Below, in pieces: positions 47,494 through 56,369 of a stretch of 64,000 nucleotides of DNA. Within the stretch, counting starts at the first letter, position 1. Every line of letters begins with the position of its first letter. The notes beneath the pieces were generated by a model. It did no database searches. It was not told the origin of the DNA and was given only the letters and a program-made list of their open reading frames with translations. Position numbers and translations under genes: made by a program. Source of the DNA: a virus; IMG/VR virus record IMGVR_UViG_3300044971_004534. One strand, 5' to 3'.

Positions 47494-47856
47494 ATGCAGG
47501 AACAGACTGATGTTATACACAAGCAGCTTGTGGGTTACGGGATAGAGATAGGGCTTCTTATTTCAGGTTTCTTTGGGGCTTTGCTCCTTGTTTCGAAGAA
47601 CGCATCGCAGCGCATGGGGGCAACGGTTGCGTCGCTTCTTGCGGGAACTGCGTGTGCAAACTACCTGACGCCTGTGGTCCTGAACTTTCTTCCTGAATCC
47701 ATCAGGGCTCAAGGAAAGTACGCTGCTGCCTTCATGATGGGATTCATGGGGTTAAAGGGCTTGGAGCTGATGATAGACAAATTTGTTAAAAAGGAAGAGG
47801 AGGGCGGGAAGAAGAATCGTTCCCGTTCATCCACTAAGAGAAAGGGCAAGTCATGA
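47494..47856 (+). CDS. membrane protein, holin-like (3 predicted helices, basic tail)
   Basis: ORF track; helices GIEIGLLISGFFGALLLV, ATVASLLAGTACANYL, AAFMMGFMGLKGL; tail KKNRSRSSTKRKGKS; the function is a guess. Confidence 0.5.
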   Translation: MQEQTDVIHKQLVGYGIEIGLLISGFFGALLLVSKNASQRMGATVASLLAGTACANYLTPVVLNFLPESIRAQGKYAAAFMMGFMGLKGLELMIDKFVKKEEEGGKKNRSRSSTKRKGKS

Positions 47857-48179
47857 ACGTGATTTCTGTGATAAACGCTGTTGTCAACGGGGTAATGGCG
47901 CTTGGTTTTAGTGCATTTCTGGTGTTCCTGTTTGGAAGAGAGAATTCCCTTATTCATAAATTGGGTAATATGAATGTTATTTTCGTGAAGATCATCCTGA
48001 GCATGTGTGCTTCTGGGGCTCTTTACAATGCGTGCATACTCCACGAGCCAGCGCCTTCGGAGCTGTTGCTTAATGCGGGTGTTGCCGCGCTGTTTTGCTG
48101 GGCTTCCGTATTCCATTACATGCGATTCGTGAAGCCAATTAAGAAAAAAGCGGCAAAGAAAAAAAGACGCACAAAGTGA
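47853..48179 (+). CDS. membrane protein (3 predicted helices, basic tail)
   Basis: ORF track; ATGA overlap; tail KKKAAKKKRRTK. Confidence 0.5.
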   Translation: MNVISVINAVVNGVMALGFSAFLVFLFGRENSLIHKLGNMNVIFVKIILSMCASGALYNACILHEPAPSELLLNAGVAALFCWASVFHYMRFVKPIKKKAAKKKRRTK

Positions 48180-48228
48180 TTACTTAAACAAGGAATGCTA
48201 GCGCAGACAGTTCACTTTTTTGTAAAAA

Positions 48229-48262
48229 GGGATACCTTAGTGAATTGGGGCAATAGTAAGAT
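48229..48262 (+). promoter_or_regulatory. GGGATACCTTAG motif plus TAAGAT, copy 3
   Basis: motif 48229-48240; TAAGAT 48257-48262, 16 nt after CCTTAG; ATG 48281 downstream. Confidence 0.35.
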
Positions 48263-48280
48263 TTGGAGGAAGTATTACGC

Positions 48281-49102
48281 ATGCATACGATTATCAATAC
48301 GCTAAGGGGTCGCTTCGTGCACGGGAAGGACGAGAGCGAGTACTACGAATCAATCATAAAAAACGTCCATACGGGAATGGATCACACGTTCTGCTTTTCC
48401 GTATGCAACACTGAATTGCCAGAGATTCCTCCGGGAACAATTGTATTTTCTACATCTGACGAACACCACAGGCAGCCCATACCGAACCACTTGCAGGAAA
48501 ACGTTGGGATACTTTTGAAGACTTTTTTCCCCAAGGAAGGGGTGACTGACCATCGTGTGCTGCCGTTTCCTCTGGGTTATTTCACGGATTTTGGGGGCCA
48601 TGCGCTTACTCCTATTGCGGAGAGAGGTCTTGACTACTCGTTCTACGGTGCTCACAACGACAATGGTCGTGACAAGCTGCACGGATGGCTAAGGAAGCGA
48701 AAGGGGGACGGATGCAAGAAGGAGTGGGGTTTTTACGAAGGTTGGGGCAAGGGAAAGGGGATGTGGGACTACGGTTCGCTGCTGACGAAGACAAAGATCG
48801 CTCTTTGTCCTCCTGGATACGTGAGTCCTGAATGCGCAAGGCTTCCAGAAGCTGCTCGCTGCGGTTGCGTCCTTCTAGTCCCGAATGACTTGCCCACGCA
48901 TCTATGGTATTTCCAGGGGTTTCCTGGGATAAAGATTGAAGACTGGTCGAACCTGAAGATTGTTGACGAACTGCTTGCAGATCCTAAAAGGATGCAGGAC
49001 ATCAGCGACGAAACAGTGAAATGGTACAACAGGTGCATTGATCCAAAAGCCGTGGGTGCATGGCTTACGGAAAGGATCAAGGAAAGAATCCAAAAGGCAT
49101 AA
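48281..49102 (+). CDS. exostosin (GT47)-like glycosyltransferase
   Basis: ALCPPGYVSPECARLPEAARCGCVLLV resembles the exostosin C-terminal motif; ATG 48281 10 nt after GGAGGA (ORF track lists TTG 48263). Confidence 0.5.
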   Translation: MHTIINTLRGRFVHGKDESEYYESIIKNVHTGMDHTFCFSVCNTELPEIPPGTIVFSTSDEHHRQPIPNHLQENVGILLKTFFPKEGVTDHRVLPFPLGYFTDFGGHALTPIAERGLDYSFYGAHNDNGRDKLHGWLRKRKGDGCKKEWGFYEGWGKGKGMWDYGSLLTKTKIALCPPGYVSPECARLPEAARCGCVLLVPNDLPTHLWYFQGFPGIKIEDWSNLKIVDELLADPKRMQDISDETVKWYNRCIDPKAVGAWLTERIKERIQKA

Positions 49103-49105
49103 ACT

Positions 49106-49591
49106 ATGCAGTACAAATTATCTAAAAGCGAATGGCTCAAAATAGGCGAACAAGCTGGATGGCTGAGGATCAGCGGGGAACAGGCAGTCCTGACGAAGCA
49201 GGGGAAATCAAATGTTGCTGGTGCGGTCTTTCAGGTGATGCGTAAACCCGAGATAGCAAAGAGGATCATTGAACTTTCTAAAATCTGGAATTCCAATTCA
49301 AGCGAGTTTAGCAAGAAGCTTCAAGATCTGGAGCAAGAGATCGTTGTTGACTATCATAATTTTTTGGACACAGGAGCATCAGAAGATTTGTTCATTGACC
49401 GAATCGAGTTACGGAGTATCATTGAAAAAATCATCTATAAAATGCTTGAAGTTGGCGACTTGGGAGTTCGGGAAGCAGGCGAACAAGCTGGATGGCTGAA
49501 GGAAGCCAAGTGCTGGAAGGGCTACAAAGCCGTTGGCATGAAGAAGAAAAAGGGCAAGACCGTTCCCAATTGCGTCCGCAAGGAGAGCTGA
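49106..49591 (+). CDS. QYKLSK-domain protein (module 1, gene A)
   Basis: MQYKLSKSEWLKIGEQAGWLRI N-terminus; C-terminus GEQAGWLKEAKCWKGYKAVGMKKKKGKTVPNCV; internal 22-nt exact repeat 49145/49478. Confidence 0.65.
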   Translation: MQYKLSKSEWLKIGEQAGWLRISGEQAVLTKQGKSNVAGAVFQVMRKPEIAKRIIELSKIWNSNSSEFSKKLQDLEQEIVVDYHNFLDTGASEDLFIDRIELRSIIEKIIYKMLEVGDLGVREAGEQAGWLKEAKCWKGYKAVGMKKKKGKTVPNCVRKES

Positions 49592-50437
49592 ATGGGTTGG
49601 CTCAAGGCGGCGCAGACAAGTGCATGGGGCCAGAACACGAGCAGGGGTGCAAGGGAAATCTACACCGCATTGCGTGAACGTGCCAATCCCCACAGGAGCA
49701 GCGCTGAGCTGAATAAAAAATGGGGGGAGGAAATAGTGAAGATACCGGGTTACGTGTCCCGTTGGTCCGGTGGCAGCTGGGCATACGTGGACTACGACCC
49801 CCAGAAGCGAAAGAACACCGACAGGATGAATCCACTTGCCCACAAGGGAATGGAGTGGAAGCTGTACTTTACCGTCAATCCAAAGGACGGGGGCGCGGAG
49901 AGCATGGGAAACACCCTTGAGGCGTTGAAAGACCTTCCGAGACAGCTGGAGGCAAACCTTGGTCCTCATGGCGTCGCCCTTCTCTACAAGATCCCTGGAA
50001 CCTGGAGTGGATTTTTGCGGGAGAACGACACAGTCGTGATGTATCACCCGTTCGAGCCTCGCAGCAGGTGGACGGACTTCATCTCTTCCGTTGTTCGTGG
50101 CTGGATGGGCAAATGGGGACTGGAGGAAGGGAAGCGTTCGTACAACGAGGGCTTTGACTGGCACGAGCAGACGGAGTACAGGGACGGAACGCAGGTGGAG
50201 CACAAGGAGATGACGGACAGGCTGGGATGGCTGAAGCCAGAGGGATTCATTGCCATGGGGCTGGAAAGGGGTGGTGGATCATTTGGCACTACATTGGCCC
50301 GCTTCATGGAACTTGTTGGCAAGAACCCTGATGACCCGCGCTGGAAGGGCTTGGTGAAGGGGGGAGAGATCAGTATGAAGGAAGCAGCAGACTGGCTTAT
50401 TGGGCACGGCAAAGAGGTAGCACAGGAACTGATGTGA
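49592..50437 (+). CDS. GW-K N-terminus protein (module 1, gene B)
   Basis: MGWLKAAQ start; AAGGAG SD; noticeably more GC-rich than its neighbours. Confidence 0.65.
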   Translation: MGWLKAAQTSAWGQNTSRGAREIYTALRERANPHRSSAELNKKWGEEIVKIPGYVSRWSGGSWAYVDYDPQKRKNTDRMNPLAHKGMEWKLYFTVNPKDGGAESMGNTLEALKDLPRQLEANLGPHGVALLYKIPGTWSGFLRENDTVVMYHPFEPRSRWTDFISSVVRGWMGKWGLEEGKRSYNEGFDWHEQTEYRDGTQVEHKEMTDRLGWLKPEGFIAMGLERGGGSFGTTLARFMELVGKNPDDPRWKGLVKGGEISMKEAADWLIGHGKEVAQELM

Positions 50438-50460
50438 CGAACACCTGTTTTGTTTTTTGT

Positions 50461-50492
50461 ATCCCCCGAAAAATTATGGAGGGGGATTTTTA
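50461..50492 (+). terminator. rho-independent terminator
   Basis: ATCCCCC ... GGGGGAT stem followed by TTTTTATT. Confidence 0.6.
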
Positions 50493-50662
50493 TTATATTG
50501 TTCTGGTTGAAAAAACATCGACCTGTTGAGATGCCCCTAAAAAAATTTTTGGCGCGTTAATACTGGGTTACTGATGGAGGGGGCGGAAATTTTTATAATC
50601 ATCATAAGACCAAAAGGGAAAGACTATTAATCAAAGCAATATAATAAATAGGGAGACTCAAT

Positions 50663-51181
50663 ATGCAATACAAACTATCTAAAGAACAGTGGTTGGAGAT
50701 CGGGCAAAAGGCTGGTTGGTTCAAAATTGCACAGCAAGAAGAGAAAGGACGTGCATTCTTCGTCACTGCTTCAGAAGAAGAAATAAAAAAATATATAGAC
50801 AGCATAGAAGAGTCGTCTGCGCAGGATCTTGCCGACAACCTTGCGGGCGAAAGAGACATGATGAGGGAGAGTGCAAATGGGGCTCGTAGGGCTGCGATGT
50901 CAGCTGATGCAGGCGGAGACGCTGATGACTACAGATTCCAGCTCAAGTTAGAAAAGCAAAAAATTGAAGTTGCAGACAAGTTTGCAAAAGCACTGGCAAT
51001 GCTTACGGTAAGATTTCCGAATGTAAAAACTCCAGAACCAGCCAAGCTCATGGACATGGCAGATTCAATGGAGACACTTTCTCAAAAAGAACATGAGCAA
51101 TCCCGAAGCCAAAGCACCTTACAGGGAGATGCAGAAAAAAGACTGAGACTACCTGGCCTGGGAGCAAACACCCCAAGATAA
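50663..51181 (+). CDS. QYKLSK-domain protein (module 2, gene A)
   Basis: MQYKLSKEQWLEIGQKAGWFKIAQQ; GGGAG SD. Confidence 0.65.
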   Translation: MQYKLSKEQWLEIGQKAGWFKIAQQEEKGRAFFVTASEEEIKKYIDSIEESSAQDLADNLAGERDMMRESANGARRAAMSADAGGDADDYRFQLKLEKQKIEVADKFAKALAMLTVRFPNVKTPEPAKLMDMADSMETLSQKEHEQSRSQSTLQGDAEKRLRLPGLGANTPR

Positions 51182-51199
51182 AAATTATAAGGAAAACAC

Positions 51200-51514
51200 A
51201 TGAACTGGTACAAAAGCGCAAGAAAAAGATACGGATCATTCCATTATGACTTTGACGGAATAGAGCTTATTAATCCCATTTGCTTTTGCTCTGGAACTGC
51301 AAATGTGGAATTTTCAATAGAAAGAGATCCAGGTGACAGATATGAGCCTCCGACCACAGATGTTGATCTCAATGTGACAGTTGAGTCACTTTACTGCACA
51401 GACGCAGAGGGTGAAGAAATTCCAGTCACGAATGAAATGGTTAGGGAGGTTGAGGCCATACTCAGAGATGAAGAACATTTGCGAGAAAAAGCCTTTGACC
51501 ACGAATTTGATTAA
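51200..51514 (+). CDS. NWYK N-terminus protein (module 2, gene B)
   Basis: MNWYKSARKRYG start; ORF track. Confidence 0.6.
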   Translation: MNWYKSARKRYGSFHYDFDGIELINPICFCSGTANVEFSIERDPGDRYEPPTTDVDLNVTVESLYCTDAEGEEIPVTNEMVREVEAILRDEEHLREKAFDHEFD

Positions 51515-51601
51515 TTTGAAATAATTTTTAAAAATTACAGAACATTTTAAATTCATAATCGTACAAATGATGACATCATTTATCACAGGAGATTATGTCC
51601 A

Positions 51602-53059
51602 ATGAAAATACTACTCGCAATTTTAGTAAGTGCTCTTATCGTAAACGGTTCTGAATTTAAGAAAAATACAACAAACAAGAACGTCGTAACCGCCACGGAA
51701 ACCCAGGTGAATACGGCGTTTGTCGGTTTTAATGACGGCGTTTCTCTGGAGGACAAACAGAGGACTATTGCATCTCTTGGGAACATGATTGAGTCTGCAC
51801 ATTATTATGAAAATATCCCCAATTTGGCACTTGTCGTTGTTTCGAGTAACTTTATAACTAACATAGCAGACGTGTCAAGTGCACTTGAAGGAAATGAGAC
51901 TGTTTCATTCTTTGAAATGGACAGAAGATTTACCGCAACATACAGCGAAGTGATTCCAAACGATGCCGGATTCTCACAATGCTGGGGTCACAGAAATACC
52001 GGAGCTTCTGGTGGACTGGTAAACTTTGATATGAATACAACAAATGCATGGTCTATTACTCAAGGACAGCCAACGGTAAAAATACTTGTCTTTGAGACAG
52101 GAATACAGCAAGATCATCCAGATATAAATCAACTGCCAGGAAGAGACTTCACAACAGGTGCAGTGAACGGAGTAAGCGGCGGTGGACCAAGCAACTCTTG
52201 TGACAATCACGGGACTGCCGTTGCAGGATGCATTACAGGCATTATCAACAATTCAATAGGAACCGTGGGAACTGCACCAAATTGCAAAGTCATTTCCGCA
52301 AAAGTTGGCACAGCAATCACTCCATGCAATGGGTCGTGGCAGGGGCAAACATCATGGACTGTAAATGCTATTAACTGGGCAATCGGCAATGGAGTAAGGG
52401 TAACAAACAACAGCAATGATTACGGCACAGCTTCTACGGCAATGTCAAATGCATATTCTGCCGCAAAAAATGCTGGAATAGTTAATTTTGCAAGTTCTGG
52501 AAATTCTGGAAACACTTCTATTGGTTTCCCAGCAAGTGCTTCTGCGGTGAACGCAGTTGGTGCAAGCAGCAGAAACGGACAGAAAGCTTCTTTTTCGTCA
52601 TACGGCACAAAGCTCGCTTTTGTTGCTGCTGGCCAATCGGTTTACACCACAGACAGGACGGGATCAAATGGATACTCTTCAGGTGACTATTCACTTATTG
52701 ACGGAACTTCTTTTTCTTCCCCATATGCCGCTGGTGTCGCAGCACTTATCATTTCAGTGAACCCATCACTTTCTGCAGCACAGGTTGAGTCCATTATGCA
52801 AACAACATGCAAGGACATGGGAGCAGTAGGATTTGACACTCTTACTGGATGGGGAATGCTGAATGCAGAAGCTGCCGTGCTTCTTGCTCGCCCTGTTCCA
52901 TGCCCAGCAGATTTAAATGGAGACAGGTCTGTCAATGGAAGCGATCTTGGTCAATTGTTGTCTTCATGGGGTTCATCTGGATCTGACCTTACTGGAGATT
53001 CAGTCGTCAATGGCGAAGATTTAGGCGTTCTTCTTTCTGCATGGGGGCCTTGTCCGTAA
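51602..53059 (+). CDS. secreted subtilisin-like (S8) serine protease with C-terminal dockerin-like repeats
   Basis: Signal peptide MKILLAILVSALIVNG; catalytic D (VFETGIQQDHPD), H (NHGTAVAG), S (GTSFSSPYAAG); tail DLNGDRSVNGSDLGQLLSSWG / DLTGDSVVNGEDLGVLLSAWG. Confidence 0.9.
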   Translation: MKILLAILVSALIVNGSEFKKNTTNKNVVTATETQVNTAFVGFNDGVSLEDKQRTIASLGNMIESAHYYENIPNLALVVVSSNFITNIADVSSALEGNETVSFFEMDRRFTATYSEVIPNDAGFSQCWGHRNTGASGGLVNFDMNTTNAWSITQGQPTVKILVFETGIQQDHPDINQLPGRDFTTGAVNGVSGGGPSNSCDNHGTAVAGCITGIINNSIGTVGTAPNCKVISAKVGTAITPCNGSWQGQTSWTVNAINWAIGNGVRVTNNSNDYGTASTAMSNAYSAAKNAGIVNFASSGNSGNTSIGFPASASAVNAVGASSRNGQKASFSSYGTKLAFVAAGQSVYTTDRTGSNGYSSGDYSLIDGTSFSSPYAAGVAALIISVNPSLSAAQVESIMQTTCKDMGAVGFDTLTGWGMLNAEAAVLLARPVPCPADLNGDRSVNGSDLGQLLSSWGSSGSDLTGDSVVNGEDLGVLLSAWGPCP

Positions 53060-53068
53060 GGTTGCTGT

Positions 53069-53587
53069 ATGAAAGAACATCCGTATACTCCATTTGATGA
53101 TTTTTTTGCAGAGTTTAGATGGTATCAGAAAAGAGGGATAGCTCCTGATATATCAAAAAGTCAGCTTAAAAAAATATGGAATGAATCTCCTGTAGTATTG
53201 CTTGAACCAAAGAATTTTGATTCATTCAGAAACTTCTCTCCATATCGTGAAAAGCTGAATGGCACAATGGAGAACAGAATAAGAAAACTGCTTGAGATAT
53301 CTGCAACGGAAGATAGAGATGAAGTGTTTGACACCAAGTGGGAATTGAAAAGAAAAAAGAATCCACAAAAATACATTATCAATTTAGCTCAACTTGTGTG
53401 GAACAAAGATGGATACGATCCAGTAAATGTAGTGGACATAAATGGTAAAAGACAATTTATCACAGGTGGCAGAACTCGTGCAGCAATCGGAAAAGCACTG
53501 GGAGTTCCCGTGCTGACTCGCATTGTTTGCCTGGAACATAAGGGAAAATGGTCTAAGCGAGCTCGTGAGCTTATGAATGGAAAATGA
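53069..53587 (+). CDS. hypothetical protein, possible ParB/Srx-like nuclease fold
   Basis: VVDINGKRQFITGGRTRAAIGKALGVPVL resembles the ParB N-terminal GxRRxxAA..LG box; weak. Confidence 0.45.
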   Translation: MKEHPYTPFDDFFAEFRWYQKRGIAPDISKSQLKKIWNESPVVLLEPKNFDSFRNFSPYREKLNGTMENRIRKLLEISATEDRDEVFDTKWELKRKKNPQKYIINLAQLVWNKDGYDPVNVVDINGKRQFITGGRTRAAIGKALGVPVLTRIVCLEHKGKWSKRARELMNGK

Positions 53588-53640
53588 CGCGTTGCAGGTA
53601 ATCATCTGTTAGCGTTGAATATATTTCAATGGAGAATTAT

Positions 53641-54096
53641 ATGCAATATAAATTATCAAAGTCAGAGTGGGAATCTATAGGCGTCAATGCTGGGTGGATG
53701 AAAATTGCTGGACCTGGCGGAAGATTTCAGGCTTCCATGAGTGCAGCAGAGCAAAAGTTGTGGGCAAGCCTAAATCAGCAACAAAAAAATAATTATGCAA
53801 CATTGGATGCTGCCAATAGAGCAAGGGTTGCAGCACTGCCATTGCAGCAAGCACAACAATACCTGAACAGCATAATGCCACCAGCTGGAGGTAAAGTCCC
53901 AACAGCTTCATTTGATAATGAAATAAAGACGGCTCTTAAATTAAATGACAAAACTGATGAAAAAACACCAGAGCAGTATAAGGAAGAGTTTATAGAAAGA
54001 ATGAAGTCCATCGGGATGACAGATGAAGAAATCGAGCGTGCACTAAAATCTGGATATTTAGAAAGAATCATGAAAGGCAGAAAGAATAAAGAATGA
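53641..54096 (+). CDS. QYKLSK-domain protein (module 3, gene A)
   Basis: MQYKLSKSEWESIGVNAGWMKIAG; ATG 53641 6 nt after GGAG (ORF track lists 53629). Confidence 0.65.
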   Translation: MQYKLSKSEWESIGVNAGWMKIAGPGGRFQASMSAAEQKLWASLNQQQKNNYATLDAANRARVAALPLQQAQQYLNSIMPPAGGKVPTASFDNEIKTALKLNDKTDEKTPEQYKEEFIERMKSIGMTDEEIERALKSGYLERIMKGRKNKE

Positions 54097-54860
54097 ACTG
54101 GTATAAGCTGGCTCAAAATAGGTCTTTTTCTTGGGCCAATGTAGAGGGTATTTTATACACACCAGAGGCCATGAGAGACTTGAAAGATTTTAAGAAGTCT
54201 CAGGAAGGAAGAAGTGCTAAGGAAATTAGCATGCTTATTAAAGACGTTATTGATAGAAGACAAATTAATTTACGGAATGTAGAATCCAGGTCTGCTGCAA
54301 ATCCTTACATTCCAAACGGACCAAAAGAAAAAATAAAGATTCACGTATTTGAGCCAAGAGGTGTTGGACTCGCTGAAGGTCCCGGAAAGGCTTACAGAAT
54401 AGGAGCACAACTATGTTCTTTAGGAGGAGAAACTTCAGAATCATCAGACAAATACATTCGAGAGCAAGAATTTGAAAGAACTGGACGTAAATTTTTAATT
54501 ATCAAGAGAGTATTTGAAAATCATGATGAAGATTATTTGCCATGGATTAGTCTATATAATTCTTCTCACGTAGATGATTGTCCAAAATACACATTTCAAA
54601 TTCAAAGAAAAGAAAACCAAGAAAAAATAGTAGATCTCAATCCTCAAAACCCTTTTGACTGGTTAGTAAATTCTGTAAAGATGATACGCGATAGAAATAT
54701 TGAAGGCATCAGCATTCATAAAAGAATGCTTGAAGGAAAATCAGAAGAAGAAATTTTTAGTATTTTAGAATTTATGACAAAAAATCAGGCTAGATTCCCA
54801 TCTAATATATTAAAAGATATAGGCAGGTGGATCGAGGAATACGTGGACAGAACAGGGTAA
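54093..54860 (+). CDS. NWYK N-terminus protein (module 3, gene B)
   Basis: MNWYKLAQNRSF start; ATGA overlap. Confidence 0.6.
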   Translation: MNWYKLAQNRSFSWANVEGILYTPEAMRDLKDFKKSQEGRSAKEISMLIKDVIDRRQINLRNVESRSAANPYIPNGPKEKIKIHVFEPRGVGLAEGPGKAYRIGAQLCSLGGETSESSDKYIREQEFERTGRKFLIIKRVFENHDEDYLPWISLYNSSHVDDCPKYTFQIQRKENQEKIVDLNPQNPFDWLVNSVKMIRDRNIEGISIHKRMLEGKSEEEIFSILEFMTKNQARFPSNILKDIGRWIEEYVDRTG

Positions 54861-54880
54861 TACATCTTTGGAAAACACAC

Positions 54881-55336
54881 ATGAACTATTCTGAATTTTA
54901 TGGAACTGGAGATGACGCAAAAAGGCTTAAGCTTATTCTTATGTCTTACGATGAAGAGTATGCACGTCAAATGAAAACATATCCAGAGCAAAAAAATGCT
55001 TTAACAACTCAGTTTAAGTCATATTCAAATCTAGTTATTAATCAACTTAATAGCTACACAGAATCAGGAGAAAGCGCTCCAAGTGGAGTCAGAATGCTTG
55101 GAATTGTTTTCAAAAAGAATTTAAATGTTGCCGCTAAGTACGAGCTTATTAATCCTGTAGAATTTTCTACATATACTGACGCAGCAAAATCTTTCTATGT
55201 CAGTCAAAACTTAGACGTAAGTGAATACTTTGATAATTCAGAAAATTCAACAGAACTGTTTAATAGAATTAATACTAGTCAGGATAATCCTACAGGTATA
55301 ACATACTTAGATTCATCAGGTTCATTAGTGAGGTAA
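54881..55336 (+). CDS. hypothetical protein
   Basis: ATG 54881 in frame of ORF-track 54827..55336. Confidence 0.55.
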   Translation: MNYSEFYGTGDDAKRLKLILMSYDEEYARQMKTYPEQKNALTTQFKSYSNLVINQLNSYTESGESAPSGVRMLGIVFKKNLNVAAKYELINPVEFSTYTDAAKSFYVSQNLDVSEYFDNSENSTELFNRINTSQDNPTGITYLDSSGSLVR

Positions 55337-55341
55337 TAAAG

Positions 55342-55620
55342 ATGTCTTTTAGAGAAAAAATCGGATTTGAAAAACAAGGCGACCAATGGGTTCGCACCCA
55401 GGCAGCGCTAAACGCTGCTGCTCCTAAAGCTATAAGTAGAATTGAAAAACTTATATATTCTGCTGATACTGCTGCAGGTATTGGAGACATGAACGGAGCT
55501 GCGTTTCATGCGAATTGGGCCAGAATTGTCATACAGAGTGCACTAGACAATGGTTTTATTACTCAAAATCAGCACTCAACATACATGTCTCAAATTAACG
55601 CTATTTCTCCGCCAGAATAA
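55342..55620 (+). CDS. hypothetical protein
   Basis: ORF track; SD GTGAGG. Confidence 0.55.
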   Translation: MSFREKIGFEKQGDQWVRTQAALNAAAPKAISRIEKLIYSADTAAGIGDMNGAAFHANWARIVIQSALDNGFITQNQHSTYMSQINAISPPE

Positions 55621-55639
55621 TAGAGATATTAGATACAAC

Positions 55640-55663
55640 AAAGGGGAGCTTTTGGCTCCCCTT
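55640..55663. terminator. bidirectional rho-independent terminator
   Basis: AAAGGGGAGC-tttt-GCTCCCCTTT between convergent genes. Confidence 0.8.
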
Positions 55664-55689
55664 TGTTGTATTATAAAATGTAAAAATAA

Positions 55690-56328
55690 TTATTTACGCT
55701 TACGTTGACTAAAGCTGCAAAGACCTGCAATACCAATAAGAGATACTGCTCCTGGTGCAGGAATTGCGTTTACTCCAAAGCCACAGTAGTCAATAAAGTT
55801 TCCCTGAGTAGATCCGCCTGTGGCGCTAACTGCCTGAAATGCGAATCTTGTCAGATTTCCTATACTAACTATAGATCCTGAATGAAATTGCCAAGCAGTT
55901 TCATCTGCAGTAAAGTTGCCCTGATACAGAACAGTGTCATCTCCGTTGCCATACAGCTGATCTGCGCCAAGATCAATTATTGAAAGCTGCATGACATCAA
56001 CTCCGTATCTGCCTCTGTGAGCAAAATGCCAATTAATTGTATTGAAATCTCCTAAGCCATTGACGTGCTGATACAAAGTAGAATCGTAGTTTGCATTGAG
56101 TTCAGCGAATGAACTTCCCTCATATGCAGGCACTCCAAGAAATCCATCTGACCAAATCTCCAAATTGTTGTCTGGTGCTGTGGTTGCCCAGTTCAAAGTT
56201 GGGTCAGAACCAGAAAAGAAACCATAACCCCAGGTCTGAAAATCTTCAAAACCACCGTTTACAAGATCTGCCATACAACTTGTAGAAATAACTAAAGTAG
56301 ACAAAAATGCACAAGCGTATTTAACCAT
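55690..56328 (-). CDS. secreted PEP-CTERM protein with DUF642-like domain
   Basis: Signal peptide, then DLVNGGFE; C-terminus IPAPGAVSLIGIAGLCSFSQRKRK (PEP-CTERM variant: PxPG, helix, basic cluster); SD AAGGAGGG. Confidence 0.75.
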   Translation of the reverse strand: MVKYACAFLSTLVISTSCMADLVNGGFEDFQTWGYGFFSGSDPTLNWATTAPDNNLEIWSDGFLGVPAYEGSSFAELNANYDSTLYQHVNGLGDFNTINWHFAHRGRYGVDVMQLSIIDLGADQLYGNGDDTVLYQGNFTADETAWQFHSGSIVSIGNLTRFAFQAVSATGGSTQGNFIDYCGFGVNAIPAPGAVSLIGIAGLCSFSQRKRK

Positions 56329-56369
56329 TTAATAAACCCTCCTTATTAAAATTGGTAATGGTGTAAAAA

